Below, one piece after another: positions 1 to 13,825 of a DNA stretch of 64,000 bases (the stretch's first letter is position 1; every line of letters begins with the position of its first letter). The notes beneath the pieces are model-generated. The model had not been told where the DNA came from and did no database searches. It saw only the letters and a list, made by a program, of their open reading frames with translations. The position numbers and the translations under genes are program-made. This DNA comes from Camelus dromedarius (Eukaryota): positions 110,548,001 to 110,612,000 of the forward strand of contig NC_087437.1 in the NCBI RefSeq assembly GCF_036321535.1, read 5' to 3'.

Positions 1-445
1 CACTCATTTGGAGATGTTCGTGCTTGGGGCCACCTGTCTGGTCTTTGAGAGCTCCCAGATGCTGTGTGGCTCACCTCTACATCCTGGCATTTGGATTCTT
101 CATGCTTACATCAGAAGATTCCAAATTATATAGATCCTACATAAGTAAACAAAGGAAAAGTATCCCAAAATGTAAGGAACAGCAAGTTATCACCATATTT
201 TATGGATATGGAACTGACAGATGATAGAGGGTTGTGACATTACCAAACCAGGAGAAAATTTAGAAGGAAATATTATCAGAGTAGCTTGGACTCCAGTCAG
301 CCCCCCATTTCTTATGGGGGAGAGAGTTAAAGGGAATCAGAAGAGCTCCTAAACTTCCTGACAAAGATTCCTAGATCCACTCAATTCAAAGATACCATCA
401 ATTGTGAGACACAACCCAAAATATGAGATAAAATAAAGAAATACT

Positions 446-605
446 GGGGGAGGGTACAGCTCAAGTGGTAGAGCGCATGCTTAGCATGCACAAGGTCCTG
501 GTTTAATCAGCAGCACCTCTTCTAAAAATAAATAAACCTAGTTACCTCCCCCCTACCAAAATAAATAATAATAAAATAATAAATAAATCAAATATTTTTT
601 TTAAA
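446..605 (+). mobile_element. tRNA-Ala-derived SINE (camelid Vic-1-like)
   Basis: GGGGGAGGGTACAGCTCAAGTGGTAGAGCGCATGCTTAGCATGCACAAGGTCCTGG is tRNA-Ala(AGC)-like with an A box and degenerate B box. It is followed by the AAATAAACCTA(G)TTACCTCCCC tail shared with the copy at 35.5 kb and an A-rich end. Confidence 0.9.
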
Positions 606-1027
606 ACGAAACATCAAAACCTTAAACATCTGTATCAATAGTAAAGTGTTTCCTAGTTTTAGAAATATTAAAATAGGAGGGGGAAAAAATCAGAAAAAAA
701 GCCAGAATAATTAAATGGCTCCTAGACTAGAAAAAACTTTGAAAAGTCCTTTAGCTGACCCCATGCATTCAGGCAGGCTCCTACACTCCCACCCAAATCA
801 AAGGAAGTCTGGCTAATTTTAAAGATTAGGCTTTTTTCATTTTCAATGGCGTTCCCTCAGTGGGAGTGAATTATAATTTGCCACTGGTCTAAATAAGAGA
901 AAGGAATAGTGCATACAATTTGCATACTCAAAATTGGAATACGAATGAAGACAAATCACGCTTCTCAGTGGAATGGTCTACCACTAAGATCCTCCCTTTT
1001 CCTCTACTTTTAACTTAGAGAAAACTT

Positions 1028-1368
<341 letters not shown>

Positions 1369-1599
1369 TTTCATTTAGGAAGCGCCCTCACTTTGTGATT
1401 TTAGGCATGAATTTCAGTAGATGCATTTATCTTTTTTATATATTGTGCACACATACTAAGTTTCTCATGCTTAAAACCAGGTCTTACAAGACGGAAATTA
1501 GGATCTACCCAGTTACAGAGAAGAGTCTAATTGGGGATTTAATAAATCATACACTGAAAGCTCTTCATCATACAAGACGGTGTGAGGAAATGGCGAAGC

Positions 1600-1790
1600 T
1601 CCGTCTGTGGAGTCAGCAGGAGTTAAGTTGGAAATGGAGCTCCATGACTTACCTGGGCATGCTGCTTCCGCTCTTGTGTTTCTGTTTTTGGTTTATAAAA
1701 TGGGGCAAATAATTACCAGATGTTAAATTTAGGATTAAGTGAAACAACGTGTGTAAAAGCGCTTTGCACTGCATCAGGCGTTCAACGGGG
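1600..1790 (+). mobile_element. MIR SINE (degraded)
   Basis: TATAAAATGGGGCAAATAAT...AGGATTAAGTGAAACAACGTGTGTAAAAGCGCTTTGCAC matches the MIR core and tail. Confidence 0.65.
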
Positions 1791-3989
1791 TTTTAGTCTT
1801 TTCTCTCTTCCTTGCCCCTTAAAAATACCACAGAGTTTCAAAGGAAAATGTGGATTTTAAAGTGAATTGCTCTGTTATTAGTTAAGCTGGTTTAGGTCTC
1901 AATTTTCAGGGGCAGTTGAAAGAACTTTGTTTTTATTTCACGTAACAAGCAAATAGTGCTACTTTACGCCAGGCACAGTGCAAGGGGCCGCTGGGCATGG
2001 CGGGTGCCTCAGGGTGGTGACAGACCACCTGGAAGTCTCCACGGAGTTGGAGGGACTGGAGCGTAGGGAGTTGTCAGGGAGGCAAGGGTGGAGTCAAGGA
2101 GAGTTGGGTGCCATATTCTCCAGAAGGGAAGGAATCTATTATCATCATGCCCTTCAGCCGGGGGACCCAGGGAGTGGGACACGACTTCTGTCTGCATATC
2201 TGCTGGAGAATCAAGAGGTCCAGAAACGCCTGGGTCCTTCAAGCTCCTTCACCCAGTAACCTCCTTCGAGTCTTCAAATCAGCTTCCTGCCCTGCTTGGC
2301 TTCCTTTTCTTCTGCCTCAGGTTTCCATTTCCGGCAGGCCTTGTACGTTGCATTGTTTCATGGCTCTCCCTTATTTTGAGTCTGATTCCTGATGCCTCAG
2401 CCCAAGACCAGTCTCCCCAGGAAAGCCTTGGAAACTCTCATGGAATTGAAGTTTAAGAAAGCAATTTCTTTCTGGGAGGTTCCTGGGAGGGTCACTCTAG
2501 GCCAGTGGATTACCTTTTGGGACTTGACATTTCTACAGAATCACAATGACCCCTGAATGCCATTGCAAAAGAAGGTCCAAGATCAAGTTCAGGGTCCAAG
2601 CTAGAGAAAATGTGAGCATTGAGGGGAAGGGGGCCCAGGATGTGCAGCCTCTAAGCCCCCATGGGAGAGATGGAACATTGATCTACCGGGAGATGAAACC
2701 ATTAGCCTAGGAAAGAAAGACAGGCGCTCTACCAGTTAACACAGCAAAGAGAACGTTTGCAAGAGGAGTCCTCAGAAGAATTTGGAAGCCCGGACCTCTT
2801 TCTGAGCCACCTTGTTCTTGCTCTGACATTTCTCTGCCTCCTTGGATTTTTCTTTTCAAGCCACAGATTCATACTTGGCACAGCAACGAGCAGCCCCTGT
2901 GGCCTGGCATGTTTTCCTACCTGATACCCCACCCACACTGGAGACTGATTTATGGATAAATTGTCTCGGCATAACAGGTGACGCCTTGTGACTTGGCTGT
3001 CCTTCCTTGTCAACAAGGGCCCCAAAGGAGACCTGAAACCCTCCTTTCCTGCCCGCCTGGTGACTCTGCACCTGTCATCCACTGTGCCTGCACACTCACC
3101 CTCTGATTTGCTGGCAGAGGCTGAGCTGCTGATGGTAAGCGCTCCCCTCCCCACAGCTGCCCCTCTCAGGTCTCAACTCCAAGAGGCAGAAGGAAGAAGG
3201 GAAGACACGGGCACCTCTGTCGTCATATCTGACGAACACCCTCACCAGGTGTTGGATCAGGCAGGGCTCTTGCTGGGGGACTTCTGTTCCAGAACCTTCC
3301 TCAAGCTGTGAATACCTTTGCATCTCATTTGGCAAACGTTCTAAGACCAAATGACTTTGGGATAAACTCTTGTCCAAGGTTGGATCTGTAGCTCTGACTG
3401 GATGCTCCCAAATAGAGAGGAGGAATCCTAAAATCTAAGACCTCCCAGGAAAATAATTTGAGGCTAATTAAAAATAATTTAACTTCAATACAGGTGGGGG
3501 CTCCCAGAGCTAAACACATCCCTTCTGACTGCAAGGATGAGAAAAATTACATTCAAAAAAAAAAAAAAAAAAAACCCAATGCTATCAAGCCCCATTTGCA
3601 AGCATTTGGCCTTCCTCTGAATTTTTGCAGAAAATATAAATTGTCTGTAGTACATTACAAAGAACTTCACCCGGCAGCACAAGGCAAAGTGCTTACATGG
3701 CACAATCTTGATGTTCTCAGCCCACCCTCAGTAGCTGATATGTTCTCATGACATGAAGAATTTGTTATCTCAAGTGTGAGTATGATTTAAAGTTTCTCCT
3801 AAAAGCCTAAAGATAATACTGTGAGATTCTCTTATGCATTGGCTCAATTTCTCTTTGGTTCTTAAAATGCAGGGGGGAAAAGTGGATGTAAGATAGAGAG
3901 CGTATCCCTGTAATCTTCCTAGTCTAGGCTAATTATTTTATTTCATGATCCACTGCCGACTAATTGCAGGTATCAGAAATAAAAAGCAT

Positions 3990-4240
3990 CAGCACTTAAC
4001 ATGGTGCTTACAATATGCCGGTTACTGTTTTAAGTGCTTTTATGAACTCATTTACTCCCCAAAACTATTTTAGAATAGGTGTTATGATTATAATCCCCCT
4101 TTTTAAAGGGGATGAAACAAGAGAACAGAGAGGTTAAGTGGCTTGCCCAAGATCACACAGCCTATCTAGTAAGAAGCTGAGCCTGGATTCTCATCCAGAC
4201 ATTCTAGGTTTGGTGTCTGTGCTCTTACCCATTATACTGC
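3990..4240 (-). mobile_element. MIR SINE, near full length
   Basis: GAGAGGTTAAGTGGCTTGCCCAAGATCACACAGC...GTGCTCTTACCCATTATACTG is the reverse complement of the MIR core and head. Confidence 0.85.
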
Positions 4241-5570
4241 TATGTCTCTTTTAAAATGTCACATGGGTGAAAAAGTGAAGCTTTTCCAATGTGGTTGGAA
4301 AAGTGTTTTTGTTAATTTAGGGGTGTTCAGAGAGTCTCCAAGCAACATTTGATAATTACATGATTGCTTGCGTTGAAAAGAACCTTAGAGACCATCTCGT
4401 TTAACTCTTCTATTTTTTTGACAAGGAGACTGAGGCTCAATAAAGAGATTTCCTTAAGAACTAGGACTTAGGTCTTTTCATCCCAGTCATTGGTGTTGAG
4501 AATGCCAGGAAACGGGCGCCTGGATTCAGGTGCCGAATACCCTTAATTAACCTTGGGTTAATCCTGAACAATTCTCTTCATTCTAAAATGAAAGCTTTAA
4601 AGCAGTTGTGCTCCAGGATTCCTTTAGGCTCCACTTTCTCTGCTTCTAAATTGAGTGACATGACCAGGGTCAAACAGTTTTGCAAACAAGGGAAAAACAG
4701 AGGAACAGTAGAAAAGTCAAGTCCGATTTCTAAGAGGAGTCTGGAGAAGCGGGGCTACAGCATCCTTTGAATGGGAACATGATTCTCTATATTCTCCTCT
4801 AGAGACTGGTTTGAGGAGCAGGAAAGGAGGAAATCAGAACATCAGAACTTCATCTGATCTCTGTGTGAGTTAACGCGGGACCTGGAGGGGATGGTCCACA
4901 GCAGGGTGGAGCTCAGTTATGAGTCCCAGTTATACAAAGGAAGGCTTGGAGCAAGCTGGACCTGGAATTCTAAATAACCATGCACAATCAAGCACTGAGG
5001 AATTGGGTTTCACTGGGGTGCTGGAGGGTTGAGGGCCTGTAAAACTGCTGAACAGAATTGTAGGAGAGAACAAAGACAGCAAAGCAACGCACAGGGATGA
5101 CTAAAGAAATTTTAATAGCCTGTCCTCTGTTACTTTGTAACTCTGAAAAATATAATACCCTCTCACAAAATCTATCTCACCCCCGGAAAGAAACCATCAG
5201 CAGAGTCTTACACTGATGCCTCATTTGAGAAGGATTTTGTGAACATATAAAGGCAGGGAGGTCAAGTTCCACAGCTGGTTTGAAGGTGAGCTGAGAGAGA
5301 ATACCATTAGGAAGGAAGATGAGGTTAAACTGTGTGAATTTCCTGGGAGCAGAAGGCCAAGCCTGAGTGACCTTGAGCACGGGAGCTCCTTGTCATTTGC
5401 AAAAATCTTGAGGAGGACATTGGATCTCCCTCAGAAGACTGGCTTGACCCAAATATAATGTTATCTTCTCTCCAAGCACAGAGTGAATCTTGGGTGACAT
5501 CTGGGTTACAGTTTGAACAGTTAAATACCAGAATGGGGACTCCCCAGTCTAGAACCGTGTGGGAAAAATT

Positions 5571-5785
5571 CATGATTTCCCACCCTCAGCATCACTGATA
5601 CTTTGAGCTGGATAATTCCCTGCTATGGGTGGTGGTCTGTGCGTGGTGGGAGAGTGAGCAGCATCTCTGGCCTGCACCCAGAGGATCCAGTAGCATTCTC
5701 TGCCCAAGTGTGACAACCAAAAATGTCTCCAGACAGTGCCAAATATCCCCTGGGGGCCAAAGTGTCCCCATTTGAGAGCCACCAG
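5571..5785 (-). mobile_element. MER20 hAT-Charlie MITE
   Basis: GTGACAACCAAAAATGTCTCCAGACAGTGCCAAATATCCCCTGGGGGCCAAA...TTGAGAGCCAC is the reverse complement of the MER20 consensus. Confidence 0.88.
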
Positions 5786-6446
5786 AGGAGAGTGAAGTGA
5801 TAAGAAAGTCATCTAAACTCAGAGGTGAGGCACTGAAACTCAAAAAGATAGAAAAACAACAATCAAAACCAACACCTCATGTGTTACTATAAGGCACTTT
5901 AGTCATGTTAATCAAGCTAAAAAAATCAGCGATGATTTGAGATTCAAAGAATTATCACAAATTATTTTAACAAGTACCCTCCAGATGCCCATTGTTTTTT
6001 TCAAATTTTATTTTTTAAACACCCGTCATTTCTCACTCTTAGGGCTGTCAGCTTTCGTCTCCAGTTAAAATTTAGCAGAAGTGTTATTATTTCATTTTTC
6101 CCTTCTTTGTGCTTGTCAAGGTTTAATCAGCCTGATTACCAGATTGAAATGAATGGCTGTAAAATGCTGGTTTCTAAAAACAGGAGATCAATCAACACAA
6201 TTGTGCACACCTAATAAAGGGTTCCAGCAGCGGGTCCCCCATTCCAGGAAACTGTGGCCTTCAAGATCGTGTCACTGCATAATAGATTAACCCTCCTGCT
6301 ACCAGAAAAGCCTGTTAACTAACCTCTCATCCTAGAGTGACTCATAATAGCTACTTAAGTGAAGTGCTGTATCAGAGTCTTCACTCTCACTAATGAGGTG
6401 CTGGAGGTTAGGGGCAGAGTATCTGAGACTCTCAAGTGAGCAAAAG

Positions 6447-6636
6447 TGTTATAGGCTGAATTATGTGCCCCCCAAGTTCACACATTAACCTCCTATTCCC
6501 CGATATCTCAGAACGTGACCTGACTTGGTGGCAAGGTCATTGCAGATGTAATTAGTTGGGAGGAGGTCATACTGGAGTAGGGTGGACCCCTAATCCAGCG
6601 TGGCTGGTGTCCTTAGAAAAGGGGAGATTAGGACAC

Positions 6637-6681
<45 letters not shown>

Positions 6682-6911
6682 AGGCCACAAGAAGATGGAA
6701 GCAGCAATCAGGTGATGCACCTACAAGCCAAGGAAAACCACAGGTGGCCAAGAAACCACGAGAACCTGGAAGAGAGGCCTGGAACAGAGTCTCCCGTACT
6801 GACTTCCAAAGGAAGCAACGCTGCTAAGACCTGGATCTCAGACTTCTAGCCTCCAGAACTGTGAGACAATACGTTTCTCTGGGACAGCAGCCCTGGCCAG
6901 CTGTTTATACA
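6447..6911 (+). mobile_element. MaLR solo LTR (MLT1C-like) with internal (CA)n(GA)n repeat
   Basis: Starts TGTTATAGGCTGAATTATGTGCCCCCC, contains GACTTCTAGCCTCCAGAACTGTGAGACAATA and ends ...ATACA. Microsatellite at about 6640-6680. Confidence 0.88.
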
Positions 6912-7195
6912 TATAATCGGCTCTGATTTGCCCCATTCCTGCCATATCCAGGGCATGTGGCGAAGTGATCTTCCATCAGCCTGACATGGCTACAACAACA
7001 GCTCCCACTGGACTCAAATAGCACCAGTATAAATTGTCTTTAAAAAGTGAGTGTAGTTTCAGGACTCACTCATCTACGCAGTCGGTCACTTCAGAACCCA
7101 GAAGCCCGAGGAAGTCTGATGCTTCCCAGATGACTTCCGGGTTTCAGCCATGACTGTGTATGTGGTCAAACACAAAACCACTGGCCTGCACAGCA

Positions 7196-7726
7196 CCTTA
7201 GTCTGGGTTCTCCAGAGAAACAAAACCAATGGATTCTTTTGCATAGATATATATGAACATACAACTTTATATAGGGAGAGCTTTATATGTAAAGTTAGAT
7301 GACATATATACACAGAGAGAGAGAGACGAGTTTATTATAAGGAATTGGCTCATGTGATTATGAGGCTGAGAAATCTCACCATCTGCCATTTACAAGCAGG
7401 AGACCCAGGAAAGCCAAATCTGAAGACCTGAGAACCAGGGGAGCCTTGGGAATCAATTCGAGTCTGAGGGCAGGTGAAGATAAGATGAGATGTCCCAGCT
7501 TAAGCAGTGAGGCAGGAAAAAAAGGGACAACTTCCTCCTTCCTCCACATTTTTTTCTATGCAGACCCTCAGTGGATTGCATAACGCTCCCCCACATCAGG
7601 AAGGGCCATTTGCCCTACTGAGTCCACTGATTCAAATGCTGATTTCATCTGGAAACACCCTCACAGACAAAAGTAATCTAGACACCCCGTAACCAGTCAA
7701 GTTGACGCATAAAATTAACCATCATA
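7196..7726 (-). mobile_element. ERVL solo LTR (MLT2 family)
   Basis: TTAGTCTGGGTTCTCCAGAGAAAC...TATAAGGAATTGGCTCATGTGATTATG...CAGTCAAGTTGACGCATAAAATTAACCATCA is the reverse complement of MLT2. Confidence 0.88.
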
Positions 7727-8767
7727 CTATCAGAAGATATTTTCTGTTTCTTTGTATCAGCTCCAGAAGTCTGCAGGAAACACATTTTTAAAAGGCACTT
7801 TTCTTTTCTTTTTACGTCACTTATATAGGTGCAGCTAAAGGAAGGCAGTGCTCCCAAATTCCTTATTTGAGTGACTGTAAAAAAGGAAAAAATGACTTCA
7901 AAAAATGCACAATTTTCTCCAAAGAGGTCCAATTCCCTTTTCCAAATTAAAAACTTTCTGAATTAATAGGTTTAACAAAGGTAACCCACACCTATCTCTT
8001 GGACTATGTTCTGGATTGTATTTATAAATTGGCTGTGTTATGAAGCATTTTCCCATAGTAAAAAAATATTATGAATGAAAGTCAGACTCCTAGGCAGGCC
8101 CAGAAAAACCTATTTAATCAATAATGTTTCTGAACTACCATTCCTCAAAAGAGTAGGCTGAGTTTGAGGCCCTAGGAACATGTGTTCATGTATTTCAAAA
8201 GGAGAAACAATTTTTCTTAATGTTTAATCCTTATTTTTATTTTAGTCCCAGGTAGAAGTGAATGTTTTCAGGTTAGTTGCAACAGGACATTAGAATGGGG
8301 CTTCTGTTCTCTTCATATTGACTTGGGCACCACTGAACAATTCTTATAACAGTGAGACTCAGATGTCCACAAAGGAAATTTACAATAAGAATTGAACACC
8401 TGTTCCAAGACCAATTTCAAGAACTGAAAATGTTAAAGAGACTGACAATTTAGAAGAAAGACTTCTTTGGCAAGAGCTGCTTACCACGCTTAGTTGAGTA
8501 CCCTCCCCCACCATGGGGAGAGCACTATGGGGTGTGGCTTTCTCCATCTTAAGCCTGGTGAGAGAGACTTCTGTGCACCTTCAAGGTACTTTAAAATGTG
8601 TTTTCTGCAATTGAGTTATTCAAAGGACAAGTGCCTGTTTACCACAGAAAAAGCGAAATGAAATTGTGAAACTTCAACTTGCATCTTTGATGGCATAGCT
8701 TGCATTACACCATCTTCTCCTTGTGAAAACTACAAAAGCTGAACTTTTTGTTTAAAGTAGATCTTTA

Positions 8768-11076
8768 TCAACACCCATTTATGATAAAATCTCTCACCAA
8801 AGTGGGTATAGAGGGAACATATCTCAACATAATAAAAGCTATATATGACAAACCAACAGCCAGCATAGTACTCAATGGTGAAAAACTCAAAAGCTTCCCA
8901 CTAAAATCTGGGACAAGACAAGAATGCCCACTATCACCACTCCTATTCAACATAGGAGTCCTAGCCACAGCAATCAGGCAAGAGAGAGAAATCAAAGAGA
9001 TCCAAATTGGAAAAGAAGAGGTAAAAGTGTCACTATATGCCGACGACATGTTACTCTATATAGAAAACCCTAAAAGGTCCACACAAAAACTACTAGAGCT
9101 GATCGAAGAATTCAGGAAGGTAGCAGGTTACAAGATTAATGTTCAAAAATCAGTTGCATTTCTTTACACTAACAATGAATCAACAGAAAAAGAAAGTAAA
9201 GAAACAATCCCCTTTAAAATAGCACCCAAAGTAGTAAAATATCTAGGAATAAATCTAACCAAGGAGGTGAAAGAATTATACACAGAAAACTATAAACCAT
9301 TGATGAAGGAAATTAGAGAAGACTTTAAAAAATGGAAAGATATTCCATGCTTTTGGATTGGAAGAATCAATATTGTTAAAATGGTCACACTGCCCAAGGC
9401 AATCTATAGACTTAATGCAATCCCTATCAAATTACCCAGGACATATTTCACAGAACTAGAAAAAATCATAATAAAATTTATATGGAACCATCAAAGACCT
9501 AGAACTGTCAAAGCATTACTGAAGAGAAAGAAAGAGGTTGGAGGAATAACTCTCCCAAACTTCAGACAACACTATAGAGGTACAGTCATCAAGACAGCAT
9601 GGTATTGGTACAAAAACAGACATATAGACCAATGGAACAGAATAGAGAGCCCAGAAATGAACCCACACACTTTTGGTCAACTAATCTTTAACAAAGGAGG
9701 CAAGAATATACAATGGAATAAAGACAGTCTCTTCAGCAAATGGTGATGGGAAAACTGGACAGCAGCATGTAAAGCAATGATGCTAGAACACTCCCTTACA
9801 CCATACACAAAAATAAACTCAAAATGGATCAAAGACTTAAACATAAGACAAGATACAATAAACCTCCTAGAAGAAAATATAGGCAAAACATTATCTGACA
9901 TACATCTCAAAAATGTTCTCCTAGAACAGTCTACTCAAGCAATAGAAATAAAAGCAAGAATAAACAAATGGGGCCTAATGAAACTTACAAGCTTCTGCAC
10001 AGCAAAGAAAACCATAAGTAAAACAAAAAGACAACCTACGGAATGGGAGAAAATTTTTGCAAATGAAACCGACAAAGGCTTGATCTCCAGAATATATAAG
10101 CAGCTCATACGACTTAATAAGAAACAACCAAACAACCCAATCCAAAAATGGGCAAAAGACCTAAACAAGCAATTCTCCAAGGAAGACATACAAATGATCA
10201 ATAGGCACATGAAAAAATGCTCAATATCACTAATTATCAGAGAAATGCAAATCAAAACTACAATGAGGTGTCACCTCACACCAGTCAGAATGGCCATCAT
10301 TCAAAAATCCACAAATGACAAATGCTGGAGAGGCTGTGGAGGAAGGGGAACCCTCCTACACTGCTGGTGGGAATGCAGTTTGGTGAAGCCACTATGGAAA
10401 ACAGTATAGAGATTCCTCAAAAGACTAGAAATAGACTTACCGTATGACCCAGGAATCCCGCTCCTGGATGTATACCCAGAAGGAACCCTACTTCAGGATG
10501 ACACCTGCACCCCAATGTTCATAGCAGCACTATTTACAATAGCCAAGATTTGGAAACAACATAAATGTCCATCAACGGATGACTGGATAAAGAAGAAGTG
10601 GTATATTTATACAATGGAATACTACTCAGACACAAAAACTGACAACATAATGCCATTTGCAGCAACATGGATGCTCCTGGAGAATGTCACTCTAAGTGAA
10701 GTAAGCCAGAAAGAGAAAGAAAAATACCATATGAGATCACTCATATGTGGAATCTAAAAAAAACAAAAACAAACAAACAAACAAAAAAGCATAAATACAA
10801 AACAGAAATAGACTCTTAGACATAGAATACAAACTTGTGGTTGCCAAGGGGACAGAGGATGGGAAGGGATAGACAGGATTTCAAAACTGTAGAATTGATA
10901 AACAAGATTATACTGTATAGCACAGGGAAATATATACAAGATCTTATGGTAGCTCACAGAGAAAAAAATGTGACAATGAATATATATGTGTTCATGTATA
11001 ACTGAAAAATTGTGCTCTACACTAGAATTTGACACAACATTGTAAAATGATTATAAATCAATAAAAAATGTTAAAA
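8768..11076 (+). mobile_element. 5'-truncated young LINE-1 (RT and C-terminal ORF2, 3'UTR, short poly-A) with TSD
   Basis: ORF2 motifs [26 protein letters not shown] and the C-terminal Cys/His region are present. AATAAA lies at about 11060. TSD is AAAGTAGATCTTTA (8754-8767) versus AAAATAGCTCTTTA (11077-11090). Confidence 0.97.
8769..10757 (+). pseudogene. LINE-1 ORF2 remnant (reverse transcriptase and C-terminal domain), two in-frame stops
   Basis: ORFs 8748-9746, 9777-10409 and 10515-10757 share one frame. Stops are TGA 9744-9746 and TAG 10407-10409. No endonuclease domain or promoter is present. Confidence 0.93.
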
Positions 11077-11499
11077 AAAATAGCTCTTTAAATCATGAGA
11101 GATCAAGCAAGGCAGCAAAGACTTGAGGGATCAAGATCTAGAGAGAAAGGAAAGGCACCTATGTGATCATATTTTCTGCCACATTTCTCTTCCAGGTGTT
11201 GGCCAGTTTCTCAGTTACATGGAAAAAGAAACTAAAGAGCCAACATAAACTGGGAATTAAGAGTCCTAAAAACTATACAGGACTTTGTCTGTTTCAAAAC
11301 AGCTATAAGGACAAACTATGGAGTTCAAAGCTGCATGACTCTGAAAGTCTACACCCTTAGGAGTGAGGGTAACCAGAGTTAGGCCAACCTGGGTCAAGCT
11401 GACTGATCTGGATCACAATTACCTGTTTCTACTGTACTTGCATATTGGAAGGATGAAAGGTAAGTTCTCTCTGAAGAAGAAAGATCATCCAAACCTCTA

Positions 11500-12120
11500 T
11501 AGTTTTCTTATATGTAGTATATGACAATCGAAAAGTTCCAGGCCTGCCAAGAAATGGAATCAAGTGATTGTAAAAAAGAGATAAAATAGACACTAGAAAC
11601 ACACCCACAGCTCATTATGTCTTTAAAATAACTGTGATATGTTCAAAAATTTAGATGACAAGATGAAGAATTTCATCAGAGAAGTGAAGCTTATTAAGGA
11701 AAAAAATTTTTAGAAATAAAAAATGCACTTGCTGAAATTAATAACTAAAGAAATAGAGTTAACATGAGATTAGATAAATAGCAGAAAGAATTAATGAACA
11801 GAAAGATACTGCTCAGTAGAAGAATAACCATACTGAAGCATGAGAAGAAGAAAATAAAAACAGAAAATACTTTAAGAGTGGAACAGTTTTATGGAACAAG
11901 GTCAAAAGGCCTGAAACATGTATAAAACATGTATAAATGGGGTCCGAGGAGGAAAGGGAAGAGAGAATGAATATCAGAAATATTTGAATAAATTATGCAT
12001 GATAATTTCCTAGTACTGATGAAAGACACTAATTCACAGACTCAAAAGCTCTGTGTACCACACGCAAAACACACATAAAGAAAACTGCACCTAGGTACAT
12101 TATGGCAAAAACTTAAATCA
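11500..12120 (+). mobile_element. Ancient LINE-1 ORF1 region (L1M/L1ME-type), degraded
   Basis: A-rich decayed ORF1-like text such as GAAATATTTGAATAAATTATG...AATTTCCTAGTACTGATGAAAGACA and CACCTAGGTACATTATGGCAAAA. Confidence 0.72.
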
Positions 12121-12389
12121 AAATATGGAATTTCCAGAACCCTTCCTGCTGAGGCTGCGTTTCTATAAAGAAACTTATATTGACTCTCCTCTTTTGATCC
12201 AAATCACCGTATCTAATACCCTATCTAATGGTAACCAAGTAAGGAGAATTTCTCTCCTTAACAACTCAGTTAAGCTTTTCCTTTCTTGAATTGGAAAATG
12301 CACTCTTAATCTGCAGCAGAGAGTGCTGACTTCCTTCTCAGTTGCTGTTCTCCTCTTCTTTACACACAGAAACCAACCAGCCCAGCTAA

Positions 12390-12815
12390 AAACAAAGTGA
12401 AACAGAAGCCCCTCCGTTTCCCAGCATCAATTGTTGATAGAAATAGCAATGTGACAACTGTTCTTGCCAATGACAAGTAGAAGTCCTCATGTGGAGCTTC
12501 CAGTGAGCATCTTTAAGTAGGGGTAGAATCAGTTGGCACACATCATGTTTACCCCTCAGACTTTCCACTTTTCTCCTGCCTGAAAAGCAGGTATCATGGC
12601 TGAAGCTGCAATAGTCATATTACAACTAACTGTGAGAGAAAGCCCCAAAATTACATATACTGAACTTGACATCCTTGAACTGCTCTACCAGCTATGGACT
12701 ATTTACCAAGACTTCTTTGTTACATGAGAGAATAATTACACTTATCTTATATGTCCTTGTTATTTGGGGTTTTTTGGGGGGGTGGGGGGATATGTGCAGC
12801 TGAACCCAATCTCTG
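12390..12815 (+). mobile_element. Old ERVL/MaLR LTR (MLT1J/K- or LTR33-like)
   Basis: ATGTGACAACTGTTCTTGCCAATGA, CTTCTTTGTTACATGAGAGAATAA and a TGCAGCTGAACCCAATC end are typical of this LTR group. Confidence 0.6.
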
Positions 12816-13440
12816 TCAAAGCTTCCCTCTCCTTGTGGCTTGAAATAACCCCATAAGGAATTCTTCCATTGAATTCAGCTTTGTTGCTACTTTGAGACTA
12901 AGAGAAGCCTCAAAATATCTGGCCTCAAAGGAAACCAACCAGCATCTTATTCACACTTTGAGCAAAAAGAAGAGACAGTTTAATACAAGATATATGATCA
13001 TCAAATTCTGGGCTGTTGCTCAATGAAAATCTGAGTGGGGAAAATGCTGGTCAGTCTTGCTCTCATTTCTGGGACCTACATCAGTTAGAGATTACAGGAT
13101 CTAATTGCTGTCTCAGACCCAAAACAGAGGGGAAGTGAGGGAACTAGTTTCCTTCCACATGTGACTGTAGGATGAAGGGTGGATGTTTCCAGTACATCAC
13201 AGAGTGGTAATTTTGTAAAATAGAATAAAAGTGAATTGTGAAGAAAGTGAAATTTTTAAAAAGAATAATAGCCCCAAGATTATATTATCAGCATCAAGAG
13301 TCATAAAACAAATCTGTCAATTTTTTTTTTAAGTTTCTTAATCTTACTCTCAATTTTAGTCCTTACTCCCCATGGGCTGCTAACATCACCTCATAGCCTG
13401 GCCCTGGTCCACAAACACACTCTGAGTAGACAGCTCTAGA

Positions 13441-13825
13441 GTTATTTTAGTCTGCTAGGATTATTGTGGCCACGCACCACAGACTGAGCGGCTTAAACAA
13501 CAGAGCTTTATTTTCTCACAGTTCTGGAGGCTGGAAGTCCAAGATCAAGGTGTCAGCAGGCTTGGTTTCTCACAAGGCCTCCCTCCTTAAATTGTCGGTG
13601 GTTAATTTCTTGCTGTGTCCTCACATGGCCTTTTCTCTGTGTGAGCACACCCCTGGTGTCGTTCTCTCTTTTTATAAGGACACCTGGCCTATTGGATTAA
13701 GACCACACCCAATGACCTCATTTAACTTTAATTGCCTCCTCAAAGGCCCCCTCTCCAAGTACAGTCACATCAGAGGCGAGGGCTTTAGTGCATGAATCTG
13801 GAGGGGGCACAATATAGTTCATAAA
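13441..13825 (-). mobile_element. MaLR solo LTR (MLT1B-like)
   Basis: CACCACAGACTGAGCGGCTTAAACAACAG...TCTCACAGTTCTGGAGGCTGGAAGTCCAAGATCAAGGTG...TATAAGGACACC. Confidence 0.9.

Noticed and set aside
446..520. tRNA-Ala gene (also at about 30840 and 35530)
   Set aside because: The cloverleaf is degenerate and shared SINE tails, A tails and TSDs are present, so these are SINEs.
1978..3377. Cluster of overlapping 70-140 aa ORFs
   Set aside because: No recognisable domain or consistent splice pattern; expected by chance in moderately GC-rich DNA.
8748..10757. Functional reverse transcriptase gene
   Set aside because: 5'-truncated L1 without promoter, ORF1 or endonuclease, and with two premature stops.
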